From Utricularia gibba (lineage: Eukaryota; Plantae; Magnoliophyta), in the NCBI GenBank assembly GCA_002189035.1, contig NEEC01000362.1, forward strand, positions 1 through 33,700: a stretch of DNA of 33,700 nucleotides. Reading direction: 5' to 3'. Position numbers and translations under genes: made by a program. The notes below the pieces were generated by a model. That model worked only from the letters and a program-made list of their open reading frames with translations, was not told the origin of the DNA and did no database searches. Below are positions 1 through 14,015 of this stretch, in pieces; position 1 is the stretch's first letter; every line of letters begins with the position of its first letter.

Positions 1-206
1 GCGAGACTGGCCGCCACAAAACGAGAAGCGGTTCCTTGAAAAACCATGTAGGCAGCCCGAAAACCGAACGATAATAAATACATCACTTTATTTGCCGGAC
101 TACAACTAACTCTCGGTGCAAGCCAAACATTACCTTTGTCCGTTCCAGGTGCACCCAAAGACCGCCTGTCAAGTATAAAGTAAGTTGTTGAAAAAAATCA
201 TGTGGG

Positions 207-217
207 GTGCACGTGAC
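207..217. promoter_or_regulatory. E-box/G-box CACGTG within GTGCACGTGAC, one per monomer (first copy shown); function unproven
   Basis: Exact CACGTG in 108 of 109 anchors; the minus strand reads GTCACGTG before A monomers and ATCACGTG before five B monomers. Motif presence is certain, binding is inference. Confidence 0.3.
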
Positions 218-833
218 ATCATAATTTAAACAAATGCATCATTTTTTTTAATCGATTTGCATCCAGTTGACCTCATGAGCCATACAGAATCGGGGTCAAG
301 GACCAAGTTCCCAGCGAGACTGGCCGCCACAAAACGAGAAGCGTTCCTTGAAAAACCATGTAGGCAGCCCCCGAAAACGAACGATAATAAATACATCACT
401 TTATTTGCCGGACTACAACTAACTCTCGGTGCAAGCCAACCTTACCTTTGTCCCGTTCCAGGTGCACCCAAAGACCGCCTGCTCAAGTATAAAGTAAGTT
501 GTTGAAAAAAATCATGTGGGGTGCACGTGACATCATAATTTAAACAAATGCATCATTTTTTTTAATCGATTTGCATCCAGTTGACCTCATGAGCCATACA
601 GAATCGGGGTCAAGGACCAAGTTCCCAGCGAGACTGGCCGCCACAAACGAGAAGCGGTTCCTTGAAAAACCATGTAGGCAGCCCCCGAAAACCGAACGAT
701 AATAAATACATCACTTTATTTGCCGGACTACAACTAACTCTCGGTGCAAGCCAACCTTACCTTTGTCCGTTCCAGTGCACCCAAACCGCCTGCTCAAGTA
801 TAAAGTAAGTTGTTGAAAAAATCATGTGGGGTG

Positions 834-1124
834 CACGTGACATCGTAATTTAAACAAATGCATCATTTGATTTGTATCCTTTTGTCCTCATGAGCCATAA
901 AGAATCGACCAAGTTCCTAGCGAGACTGGCCGCACAAAACGAGAAGCTTTCCTTGAAAAACCATGTAGGCAACACCGAAAACCGAACGTTAATAAATACA
1001 TCACTTTCTTTGCCGGGCTACAACTACTTTGGGCAAGGCCAAGCTGATCTTTTTCCGGTTCCAAGTGCCCCCAAAACCGCCTCCTCATGTATAAAGTATG
1101 TTGTTAAAAAAATCATGTGGGGTG
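834..1124 (+). repeat. Type B monomer with internal deletions (291 bp)
   Basis: B alleles cctag, gcaacacc, aacgtt, tttcttt, gggctac, aagctgatct, gtgccccc, ctcctcatgt, gtatgttgtta; deletions after catcattt and in the gaatcg..gacc segment; the following anchor reads CACTTG. Confidence 0.9.
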
Positions 1125-4100
1125 CACTTGACATCGTAATTTAAACAAATGCATCATTTTTTTTATTCGATTTGCATCCAGTTGACCTCATGAGCCAGAC
1201 AGAAATGGGGTCAAGGACCAAGTTCCCAGCGAGACTGGCCGCCCAAAAAACGAGAAGCGGTTCCTTGAAAAACCATGTAGGCAGCCCCCGAAAACGAACG
1301 ATAATAAATACATCACTTTATTTGCCGGACTACAACTAACTCTCGGTGCAAGCCAAACATTACTTTGTCCCGTTCCAGGTGCACCCAAAGACCGCCTGCT
1401 CAAGTATAAAGTAAGTTGTTGAAAAAATCATGTGGGGTGCACGTGACATCATAATTTAAACAAATGCATCATTTTTTTAATCGATTTGCATCCAGTTGAC
1501 CTCATGAGCCATACAGAATCGGGTCAAGGACCAAGTTCCCAGCGAGACTGGCCGCCACAAAACGAGAAGCGGTTCCTTGAAAAACCATGTAGGCAGCCCC
1601 CGAAAACCGAACGATAATAAATACATCACTTTATTTGCCGGACTACAACTAACTCTCGGTGCAAGCCAACTTACAAAGACCGCCTGCTCAAGTATAAAGT
1701 AAGTTGTTAAAAAATCATGTGGGGTGCACGTGACATCATAATTTAAACAAATGCATCATTTTTTTTAATCGATTTGCATCCAGTTGACCTCATGAGCCAT
1801 ACAGAATGGGGTCAAGGACCAAGTTCCAGCGAGACTGGCCGCCACAAAACGAGAAGCGGTTCCTTGAAAAACCATGTAGGCAGCCCCCGAAAACGAACGA
1901 TAATAAATACATCACTTTATTTGCCGACTACAACTAACTCTCGGTGCAAGCCAAACATTACCTTTGTCCGTTCCAGGTGCACCAAAGACCGCCTGCTCAA
2001 GTATAAAGTAAGTTGTTGAAAAAATCATGTGGGGTGCACGTGACATCATAATTTAAACAAATGCATCATTTTTTTTAATCGATTTGCATCCAGTTGACCT
2101 CATGAGCCATACAGAATCGGGTCAAGGACCAAGTTCCCGAGACTGGCCGCCACAAAACGAGAAGCGTTCCTTGAAAAACCATGTAGGCAGCCCCCGAAAA
2201 CCGAACGATAATAAATACATCACTTTATTTTGCCGGACTACAACTAACTCTCGGTGCAAGCCAAACATTCCTTTGTCCGTTCCAGGTGCACCCAAAGACC
2301 GCCTGCTCAAGTATAAAGTAAGTTGTTGAAAAAATCATGTGGGGTGCACGTGACATCATAATTTAAACAAATGCATCATTTTTTTTAATCGATTTGCATC
2401 CAGTTGACCTCATGAGGGGCAAGGACCAAGTTCCCAGCGAGACTGGCCGCCACAAACGAGAAGCGGTTCCTTGAAAAACCATGTAGGCAGCCCCCGAAAA
2501 ACCGAACGATAATAAATACATCACTTTATTTGCCGACTACAACTAACTCTCGTGCAAGCCAAACATTACCTTTGTCCGTTCCAGGTGCACCCAAAGACCG
2601 CCTGCTCAAGTATAAAGTAAGTTGTTGAAAAAATCATGTGGGGTGCACGTGACATCATAATTTAAACAAATGCATCATTTTTTTTAATCGATTTGCATCC
2701 AGTTGACCTCATGAGCCATACAGAATCGGGGTCAAGGACCAAGTTCCCAGCGAGACTGGCCGCCACAAAACGAGAAGCGGTTCCTTGAAAAACCATGTAG
2801 GCAGCCCCGAAAACCGAACGATAATAAATACATCACTTTATTTGCCGGACTACAACTAACTCTCGGTGCAAGCCAAACTTTTGTCCGTTCCAAAGACCGC
2901 CTGCTCAAGTATAAAGTAAGTTGTTGAAAAAATCATGTGGGGTGCACGTGACATCATAATTTAAACAAATGCATCATTTTTTTTAATCGATTTGCATCCA
3001 GTTGACCTCATGAGCCATACAGAATCGGGGTCAAGGACCAAGTTCCCAGCGAGACTGGCCGCCACAAAACGAGAAGCGGTTCCTTGAAAAACCATGTAGG
3101 CAGCCCCGAAAACCGAACGATAATAAATACATCACTTTATTTGCCGGACTACAACTAACTCTCGGTGCAAGCCAAACTTACCTTTGTCCCGTTCCAGGTG
3201 CACCCAAAGACCGCCTGCTCAAGTATAAAGTAAGTTGTTGAAAAAATCATGTGGGGTGCACGTGACATCATAATTTAAACAAATGCATCATTTTTTTAAT
3301 CGATTTGCATCCAGTTGACCTCATGAGCCATACAGAATCGGGGTCAAGGACCAAGTTCCCAGCGAGACTGGCCGCCACAAAACGAGAAGCGGTTCCTTGA
3401 AAAACCATGTAGGCAGCCCCCGAAAACCGAACGATAATAAATACATCACTTTATTTGCCGGACTACAACTAACTCTCGGTGCAAGCCAAACCTTACCTTT
3501 GTCCCGTTCCAGGTGCACCCAAAGACCGCCTGCTCAAGTATAAAGTAAGTTGTTGAAAAAATCATGTGGGGTGCACGTGACATCATAATTTAAACAAATG
3601 CATCATTTTTTTTAATCGATTTGCATCCAGTTGACCTCATGAGCCATACAGAATCGGGTCAAGGACCAAGTTCCCAGCGAGACTGGCCGCCACAAAAGAA
3701 GCGGTTCCTTGAAAAACCATGTAGGCAGCCCCGAAAACCGAACGATAATAAATACATCACTTTATTTGCCGGACTACAACTAACTCTCGGTGCAAGCCAA
3801 ACTTACCTTTGTCCGTTAAAGACCGCCTGCTCAAGTATAAAGTAAGTTGTTGAAAAAATCATGTGGGGTGCACGTGACATCATAATTTAAACAAATGCAT
3901 CATTTTTTTTAATCGATTTGCATCCAGTTGACCTCATGAGCCATACAGAATCGGGGTCAAGGACCAAGTTCCCAGCGAGACTGGCCGCCACAAAACGAGA
4001 AGCGGTTCCTTGAAAAACCATGTAGGCAGCCCCCGAAAACGAACGATAATAAATACATCACTTTATTTGCCGGACTACAACTAACTCTCGTGCAAGCCAA

Positions 4101-6973
4101 ACTTACCTTTGTCCCGTTCCAGGTGCACCCAAAGACCGCCTGCTCAAGTATAAAGTAAGTTGTTGAAAAAATCATGTGGGGTGCACGTGACATCATAATT
4201 TAAACAAATGCATCATTTTTTTTAATCGATTTGCATCCAGTTGACCTCATGAGCCATACAGAATCGGGGTCAAGGACCAAGTTCCCAGCGAGACTGGCCG
4301 CCACAAAAACGAGAAGCGGTTCCTTGAAAAACCATGTAGGCAGCCCCCGAAAACGAACGATAATAAATACATCACTTTATTTGCCGGACTACAACTAACT
4401 CTCGTGCAAGCCAAACATTACCTTTGTCCCGTTCCAGGTGCACCCAAAGACCGCCTGCTCAAGTATAAAGTAAGTTGTTGAAAAAATCATGTGGGGTGCA
4501 CGTGACATCATAATTTAAACAAATGCATCATTTTTTTAATCGATTTGCATCCAGTTGACCTCATGAGCCATACAGAATCGGGGTCAAGGACCAAGTTCCA
4601 GCGAGACTGGCCGCCACAAAACGAGAAGCGGTTCCTTGAAAAACCATGTAGGCAGCCCCGAAAACGAACGATAATAAATACATCACTTTATTTGCCGGAC
4701 TACAACTAACTCTCGGTGCAAGCCAAACATTACTTTGTCCCGTTCCAGGTGCACCCAAAACCGCCTGCTCAAGTATAAAGTAAGTTGTTGAAAAAATCAT
4801 GTGGGGTGCACGTGACATCATAATTTAAACAAATGCATCATTTTTTTAATCGATTTGCATCCAGTTGACCTCATGAGCCATACAGAATCGGGTCAAGGAC
4901 CAAGTTCCCAGCGAGACTGGCCGCCACAAAACGAGAAGCGGTTCCTTGAAAAACCATGTAGGCAGCCCAAAACCGAACGATAATAAATACATCACTTTAT
5001 TTGCCGGACTACAACTAACTCTCGGTGCAAGCCAAACTTACTTTTGTCCGTTGCCAAAGACCGCCTGCTCAAGTATAAAGTAAGTTGTTGAAAAAATCAT
5101 GTGGGGTGCACGTGACATCATAATTTAAACAAATGCATCATTTTTTTAATCGATTTGCATCCAGTTGACCTCATGAGCCATACAGAATCGGGGTCAAGGA
5201 CCAAGTTCCCAGCGAGACTGGCCGCCAAAACGAGAAGCGGTTCCTTGAAAAACCATGTAGGCAGCCCCCGAAAACCGAACGATAATAAATACATCACTTT
5301 ATTTGCCGGACTACAACTAACTCTCGGTGCAAGCCAACTTACTTTGTCCCGTTCCAGGTGCACCCAAAGACCGCCTGCTCAAGTATAAAGTAAGTTGTTG
5401 AAAAAATCATGTGGGGTGCACGTGACATCATAATTTAAACAAATGCATCATTTTTTTTAATCGATTTGCATCCAGTTGACCTCATGAGCCATACAGAATC
5501 GGGGTCAAGGACCAAGTTCCCAGCGAGACTGGCCGCCACAAAGAGAAGCGGTTCCTTGAAAAACCATGTAGGCAGCCCCGAAAACGAACGATAATAAATA
5601 CATCACTTTATTTGCCGGACTACAACTAACTCTCGTGCAAGCCAACCTTACCTTTGTCCCGTTCCAGGTGCACCCAAAGACCGCCTGCTCAAGTATAAAG
5701 TAAGTTGTTGAAAAAATCATGTGGGGTGCACGTGACATCATAATTTAAACAAATGCATCATTTTTTTTAATCGATTTGCATCCAGTTGACCTCATGAGCC
5801 ATACAGAATCGGGTCAAGGACCAAGTTCCAGCGAGACTGGCCGCCACAAAACGAGAAGCGGTTCCTTGAAAACCATGTAGGCAGCCCCGAAAACGAACGA
5901 TAATAAATACATCACTTTATTTGCCGGACTACAACTAACTCTCGGTGCAAGCCAAACTTACCTTTGTCCCGTTCCAGGTGCACCCAAAGACCGCCTGCTC
6001 AAGTATAAAGTAAGTTGTTGAAAAAATCATGTGGGGTGCACGTGACATCATAATTTAAACAAATGCATCATTTTTTTTAATCGATTTGCATCCAGTTGAC
6101 CTCATGAGCCATACAGAATCGGGGTCAAGGACCAAGTTCCCAGCGAGACTGGCCCAAAACGAGAAGCGGTTCCTTGAAAAACCATGTAGGCAGCCCCCGA
6201 AAACCGAACGATAATAAATACATCACTTTATTTGCCGGACTACAACTAACTCTCGGCAAGCCAAACATTACCTTTTCCGTTCCAGGTGCACCCAAAGACC
6301 GCCTGCTCAAGTATAAAGTAAGTTGTTGAAAAAAATCATGTGGGGTGCACGTGACATCATAATTTAAACAAATGCATCATTTTTTTTAATCGATTTGCAT
6401 CCAGTTGACCTCATGAGCCATACAGAATCGGGGTCAAGGACCAAGTTCCCAGCGAGACTGGCCGCCACAAAACGAGAAGCGGTTCCTTGAAAAACCATGT
6501 AGGCAGCCCCCGAAAACGAACGATAATAAATACATCACTTTATTTGCCGGACTACAACTAACTCTCGGTGCAAGCCAAACCTTACCTTTGTCCCGTTCCA
6601 GGTGCACCCAAAGACCGCCTGCTCAAGTATAAAGTAAGTTGTTGAAAAAATCATGTGGGGTGCACGTGACATCATAATTTAAACAAATGCATCATTTTTT
6701 TTAATCGATTTGCATCCAGTTGACCTCATGAGCCATACAGAATCGGGGTCAAGGACCAAGTTCCCAGCGAGACTGGCCGCCACAAAACGAGAAGCGGTTC
6801 CTTGAAAAACCATGTAGGCAGCCCCCGAAAACCGAACGATAATAAATACATCACTTTATTTGCCGGACTACAACTAACTCTCGGTGCAAGCCAACCTTAC
6901 CTTTGTCCCGTTCCAGTGCACCCAAACGCCTGCTCAAGTATAAAGTAAGTTGTTGAAAAAATCATGTGGGGTG

Positions 6974-7231
6974 CACGTGACATCGTAATTTAAACAAATG
7001 CATCATTGGATTTGCATCCCCTCATGAGCCATAAGAATACCAAGTTCCCAGCGAGACTGGCCGCCAAAAACGAGAAGCGTTCCTTGAAAAACCATGTAGG
7101 CAACCCCGAAAGAACGTTAATAAATACATCACTTTCTTTGCCGGGCTACAACTAAAGCCAAACACCCGTTCCAGTGCCCCCAAACCGCCTCCTCAAGTAT
7201 AAAGTAAGTTGTTAAAAAATCATGTGGGGTG
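6974..7231 (+). repeat. A/B mosaic monomer, heavily deleted (258 bp, shortest in window)
   Basis: B alleles (cgtaat, aacgtt, tttcttt, gggctac, gtgccccc, ctcctc, gttaaaa) mixed with A alleles (cccagc, caagtat, gtaagt); gaps at the segments where A and B diverge. Confidence 0.85.
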
Positions 7232-10200
7232 CACGTGACATCATAATTTAAACAAATGCATCATTTTTTTTAATCGATTTGCATCCAGTTGACCTCATGA
7301 GCCATACAGAATCGGGGTCAAGGACCAAGTTCCCAGCGAGACTGGCCGCCACAAAACGAGAAGCGGTTCCTTGAAAAACCATGTAGGCAGCCCCCGAAAA
7401 CCGAACGATAATAAATACATCACTTTATTTGCCGGACTACAACTAACTCTCGGTGCAAGCCAAACATTACCTTTGTCCGTTCCAGGTGCACCCAAAGACC
7501 GCCTGCTCAAGTATAAAGTAAGTTGTTGAAAAAATCATGTGGGGTGCACGTGACATCATAATTTAAACAAATGCATCATTTTTTTTAATCGATTTGCATC
7601 CAACCTCATGAGCCATACAGAATCGGGTCAAGGACCAAGTTCCCAGCGAGACTGGCCGCCACAAAACGAGAAGCGGTTCCTTGAAAAACCATGTAGGCAG
7701 CCCCCGAAAACCGAACGATAATAAATACATCACTTTATTTGCCGGACTACAACTAACTCTCGGTGCAAGCCAAACCTTTGTCCGGTTCCCCCCCCAAAGA
7801 CCGCCTGCTCAAGTATAAAGTAAGTTGTTAAAAAATCATGTGGGGTGCACGTGACATCATAATTTAAACAAATGCATCATTTTTTTTAATCGATTTGCAT
7901 CCAGTTGACCTCATGAGCCATACAGAATCGGGGTCAAGGACCAAGTCCCAGCGAGACTGGCCGCCACAAAACGAGAAGCGGTTCCTTGAAAAACCATGTA
8001 GGCAGCCCCGAAAACGAACGATAATAAATACATCACTTTATTTGCCGGACTACAACTAACTCTCGTGCAAGCCAACCTTACCTTTGTCCGTTCCAGGTGC
8101 ACCCAAAGACCGCCTGCTCAAGTATAAAGTAAGTTGTTGAAAAAATCATGTGGGTGCACGTGACATCATAATTTAAACAAATGCATCATTTTTTTTATCG
8201 ATTTGCATCCAGTTGACCTCATGAGCCATAGAATCGGGGTCAAGGACCAAGTTCCCAGCGAGACTGGCCGCCACAAAACGAGAAGCCCTTGAAAAAATGT
8301 AGGCAGCCCCCGAAAACCGAACGATAATAAATACATCACTTTATTTGCCGGACTACAACTAACTCTCGTGCAAGCCAACATTACCTTTGTCCGTTCCAGG
8401 TGCACCCAAAGACCGCCTGCTCAAGTATAAAGTAAGTTGTTGAAAAAATCATGTGGGGTGCACGTGACATCATAATTTAAACAAATGCATCATTTTTTTT
8501 AATCGATTTGCATCCAGTTGACCTCATGAGCCATACAGAATCGGGGTCAAGGACCAAGTTCCCAGCGAGACTGGCCGCCACAAAACGAGAAGCGGTTCCT
8601 TGAAAAACCATGTAGGCAGCCCCCGAAAACGAACGATAATAAATACATCACTTTATTTGCCGGACTACAACTAACTCTCGTGCAAGCCAAACATTACCTT
8701 TGTCCCGTTCCAGGTGCACCCAAAGACCGCCTGCTCAAGTATAAAGTAAGTTGTTGAAAAAATCATGTGGGGTGCACGTGACATCATAATTTAAACAAAT
8801 GCATCATTTTTTTTAATCGATTTGCATCCAGTTGACCTCATGAGCCATACAGAATCGGGTCAAGGACCAAGTTCCCAGCGAGACTGGCCGCCACAAAACG
8901 AGAAGCGGTTCCTTGAAAAACCATGTAGGCAGCCCCGAAAACCGAACGATAATAAATACATCACTTTATTTGCCGGACTACAACTAACTCTCGGTGCAAG
9001 CCAAACTTTTGTCCGTTCAAAGACCGCCTGCTCAAGTATAAGTAAGTTGTTGAAAAAATCATGTGGGGTGCACGTGACATCATAATTTAAACAAATGCAT
9101 CATTTTTTTTAATCGATTTGCATCCAGTTGACCTCATGAGCCATACAGAATCGGGGTCAAGGACCAAAGTTCCCAGCGAGACTGGCCGCCACAAAACGAG
9201 AAGCGGTTCCTTGAAAAACCATGTAGGCAGCCCCCGAAAACCGAACGATAATAAATACATCACTTTATTGCCGGACTACAACTAACTCTCGGTGCAAGCC
9301 AAACTTACCTTTGTCCCGTTCCAGTGCACCCAAAGACCGCCTGCTCAAGTATAAAGTAAGTTGTTGAAAAAATCATGTGGGGTGCACGTGACATCATAAT
9401 TTAAACAAATGCATCATTTTTTTCGATTTGCATCCAGTTGACCTCATGAGCCATACAGAATCGGGGTCGGACCAAGTTCCCAGCGAGACTGGCCGCCACA
9501 AAACGAGAAGCGGTTCCTTGAAAAACCATGTAGGCAGCCCCGAAAACCGAACGATAATAAATACATCACTTTATTTGCCGGACTACAACTAACTCTCGTG
9601 CAAGCCAAACTTACCTTTGTCCCGTTCCAGGTGCACCCAAAGACCGCCTGCTCAAGTATAAAGTAAGTTGTTGAAAAAATCATGTGGGGTGCACGTGACA
9701 TCATAATTTAAACAAATGCATCATTTTTTTAATCGATTTGCATCCAGTTGACCTCATGAGCCATACAGAATCGGGGTCAAGGACCAAGTTCCAGCGAGAC
9801 TGGCCGCCACAAAACGAGAAGCGGTTCCTTGAAAAACCATGTAGGCAGCCCCGAAAACGAACGATAATAAAACATCACTTTATTTGCCGGACTACAACTA
9901 ACTCTCGGTGCAAGCCAAACATTACCTTTGTCCCGTTCCAGGTGCACCCAAAGACCGCCTGCTCAAGTATAAAGTAAGTTGTTGAAAAAATCATGTGGGG
10001 TGCACGTGACATCATAATTTAAACAAATGCATCATTTTTTTTAATCGATTTGCATCCAGTTGACCTCATGAGCCATACAGAATCGGGGTCAAGGACCAAG
10101 TTCCCAGCGAGACTGGCCGCCACAAAACGAGAAGCGGTTCCTTGAAAAACCATGTAGGCAGCCCCCGAAAACCGAACGATAATAAATACATCACTTTATT

Positions 10201-13200
10201 TGCCGGACTACAACTAACTCTCGGTGCAAGCCAAACATTTTGTCCGAAAGACCGCCTGCTCAAGTATAAAGTAAGTTGTTAAAAAATCATGTGGGTGCAC
10301 GTGACATCATAATTTAAACAAATGCATCATTTTTTTAATCGATTTGCATCCAGTTGACCTCATGAGCCATACAGAATCGGGGTCAAGGACCAAGTTCCCA
10401 GCGAGACTGGCCGCCACAAAACGAGAAGCGTTCCTTGAAAAACCATGTAGGCAGCCCCGAAAACCGAACGATAATAAATACATCACTTTATTTGCCGACT
10501 ACAACTAACTCTCGGTGCAAGCCAAACTTACCTTTGTCCCGTTCCAGGTGCACCCAAAGACCGCCTGCTCAAGTATAAAGTAAGTTGTTGAAAAAATCAT
10601 GTGGGGTGCACGTGACATCATAATTTAAACAAATGCATCATTTTTTTTAATCGATTTGCATCCAGTTGACCTCATGAGCCATACAGAATCGGGTCAAGGA
10701 CCAAGTTCCGCGAGACTGGCCGCCACAAAACGAGAAGCGGTTCCTTGAAAAACCATGTAGGCAGCCCCCGAAAACCGAACGATAATAAATACATCACTTT
10801 ATTTGCCGGACTACAACTAACTCTCGGTGCAAGCCAAACATTACCTTTGTCCCGTTCCAGTGCACCCAAAGACCGCCTGCTCAAGTATAAAGTAAGTTGT
10901 TGAAAAAATCATGTGGGGTGCACGTGACATCATAATTTAAACAAATGCATCATTTTTTTTAATCGATTTGCATCCAGTTGACCTCATGAGCCATACAGAA
11001 TCGGGGTCAAGGACCAAGTTCCCAGCGAGACTGGCCGCCACAAAACGAGAAGCGGTTCCTTGAAAAACCATGTAGGCAGCCCCGAAAACGAACGATAATA
11101 AATACATCACTTTATTTGCCGGACTACAACTAACTCTCGGTGCAAGCCAAACATTACCTTTGTCCCGTTCCAGGTGCACCCAAAGACCGCTGCTCAAGTA
11201 TAAAGTAAGTTGTTGAAAAAATCATGTGGGGTGCACGTGACATCATAATTTAAACAAATGCATCATTTTTTTTAATCGATTTGCATCCAGTTGACCTCAT
11301 GAGCCATACAGAATCGGGTCAAGGACCAAGTTCCCAGCGAGACTGGCCGCCACAAAACGAGAAGCGGTTCCTTGAAAAACCATGTAGGCAGCCCCCGAAA
11401 ACCGAACGATAATAAATACATCACTTTATTTGCCGGACTACAACTAACTCTCGTGCAAGCCAAACATTACCTTTGTCCCGTTCCAGGTGCACCCAAAGAC
11501 CGCCTGCTCAAGTATAAAGTAAGTTGTTGAAAAAATCATGTGGGGTGCACGTGACATCATAATTTAAACAAATGCATCATTTTTTTTAATCGATTTGCAT
11601 CCAGTTGACCTCATGAGCCATACAGAATCGGGGTCAAGGACCAAGTTCCAGCGAGACTGGCCGCCACAAAACGAGAAGCGGTTCCTTGAAAAACCATGTA
11701 GGCAGCCCCCGAAAACGAACGATAATAAATACATCACTTTATTTGCCGGACTACAACTAACTCTCGTGCAAGCCAAACCTTACCTTTGTCCCGTTCCAGG
11801 TGCACCCAAAGACCGCCTGCTCAAGTATAAAGTAAGTTGTTGAAAAAATCATGTGGGGTGCACGTGACATCATAATTTAAACAAATGCATCATTTTTTTT
11901 AATCGATTTGCATCCAGTTGACCTCATGAGCCATACAGAATCGGGGTCAAGGACCAAGTTCCCAGCGAGACTGGCCGCCACAAAAACGAGAAGCGGTTCC
12001 TTGAAAAACCATGTAGGCAGCCCCCGAAAACCGAACGATAATAATACATCACTTTATTTGCCGGACTACAACTAACTCCGGTGCAAGCCAACCTTACCTT
12101 TGTCCCGTTCCAGTGCACCCAAAGACCGCCTGCTCAAGTATAAAGTAAGTTGTTGAAAAATCATGTGGGGTGCACGTGACATCATAATTTAAACAAATGC
12201 ATCATTTTTTTTAATCGATTTGCATCCAGTTGACCTCATGAGCCATACAGAATCGGGTCAAGGACCAAGTTCCCAGCGAGACTGGCCGCCACAAAACGAG
12301 AAGCGGTTCCTTGAAAAACCATGTAGGCAGCCCCCGAAAACCGAACGATAATAAATACATCACTTTATTTGCCGGACTACACTAACTCTCGGTGCAAGCC
12401 AAACCTTACCTTTGTCCGTTCAAGACCGCCTGCTCAAGTATAAAGTAAGTTGTTAAAAAAATCATGTGGGGTGCACGTGACATCATAATTTAAAAATGCA
12501 TCATTTTTTTTAATCGATTTGCATCCAGTTGACCTCATGAGCCATACAGAATCGGGTCAAGGACCAAGTTCCCAGCGAGACTGGCCGCCACAAAACGAGA
12601 AGCGGTTCCTTGAAAAACCATGTAGGCAGCCCCCGAAAACGAACGATAATAAATACATCACTTTATTTGCCGGACTACAACTAACTCTCGGTGCAAGCCA
12701 AACATTACCTTTGTCCGTTCCAGGTGCACCCAAAGACCGCCTGCTCAAGTATAAAGTAAGTTGTTGAAAAAATCATGTGGGGTGCACGTGACATCATAAT
12801 TTAAACAAATGCATCATTTTTTTTATCGATTTGCATCCAGTTGACCTCATGAGCCATACAGAATCGGGTCAAGGAAAGTTCCCAGCGAGACTGGCCGCCA
12901 CAAAACGAGAAGCGTTCCTTGAAAAAATGTAGGCAGCCCCCGAAAACCGAACGATAATAAATACATCACTTATTTGCCGGACTAGGTGCAAGCCAAACAT
13001 TACCTTTGTCCCGTTCCAGGTGCACCCAAAGACCGCCTGCTCAAGTATAAAGTAAGTTGTTGAAAAAATCATGTGGGGTGCACGTGACATCATAATTTAA
13101 ACAAATGCATCATTTTTTTTAATCGATTTGCATCCAGTTGACCTCATGAGCCATACAGAATCGGGGTCAAGGACCAAGTTCCCAGCGAGACTGGCCGCCA

Positions 13201-14015
13201 CAAAACGAGAAGCGGTTCCTTGAAAAACCATGTAGGCAGCCCCCGAAAACCGAACGATAATAAATACATCACTTTATTTGCCGGACTACAACTAACTCTC
13301 GGTGCAAGCCAAACTTACCTTTGTCCCGTTCCAGGTGCACCCAAAGACCGCCTGCTCAAGTAAAGTAAGTTGTTGAAAAAATCATGTGGGGTGCACGTGA
13401 CATCATAATTTAAACAAATGCATCATTTTTTTAATCGATTTGCATCCAGTTGACCTCATGAGCCATACAGAATCGGGGTCAAGGACCAAGTTCCCAGCGA
13501 GACTGGCCGCCACAAAACGAGAAGCGGTTCCTTGAAAACCATGTAGGCAGCCCCGAAAACGAACGATAATAAATACATCACTTTATTTGCCGGACTACAA
13601 CTAACTCTCGGTGCAAGCCAAACACCTTTGTCCGTTCCAGGTGCACCCAAAGACCGCCTGCTCAAGTATAAAGTAAGTTGTTGAAAAAATCATGTGGGGT
13701 GCACGTGACATCATAATTTAAACAAATGCATCATTTTTTTAATCGATTTGCATCCAGTTGACCTCATGAGCCATACAGAATCGGGGTCAAGGACCAAGTT
13801 CCCAGCGAGACTGGCCGCCACAAAACGAGAAGCGGTTCCTTGAAAAACCATGTAGGCAGCCCCCGAAAACCGAACGATAATAAATACATCACTTTATTTG
13901 CCGGACTACAACTAACTCTCGGTGCAAGCCAAACCTTACCTTTGTCCCGTTCCAGTGCACCCAAAGACCGCCTGCTCAAGTATAAAGTAAGTTGTTGAAA
14001 AAATCATGTGGGGTG

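Noticed and set aside
150-260. Budding-yeast-type point centromere suggested by the CDEI-like site
   Set aside because: No ~80-bp >90% AT CDEII or CDEIII follows GTCACGTG on the minus strand, and point centromeres are not tandemly arrayed.
367-385. CENP-B box (reverse form CCCG-N7-CGAA) at cccgaaaa(c)cgaa
   Set aside because: Spacing is N4-N5 rather than N7 and the required internal T is missing.
270-485. 5S rDNA array: fragments GCCATAC, TGTAGGC and AGACCGCCTG resemble eukaryotic 5S rRNA
   Set aside because: The order and spacing do not match a ~120-nt 5S gene (TGTAGGC precedes AGACCGCCTG by ~115 bp), and the GGATGGG part of box C and the rest of the gene are absent.
415-500. Spliced-leader RNA gene array: AACTAAC (kinetoplastid SL start), GCTCAAG (dinoflagellate SL end), nearby GTAAGT donor-like site
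   Set aside because: Only 7-nt matches, not contiguous with the rest of either leader; GCTCAAG is not followed by GT and I found no Sm site.
485-500. TATAAA, AATAAA and GTAAGT as promoter, polyadenylation or splice signals
   Set aside because: Short AT-rich words expected by chance; no associated gene structure.
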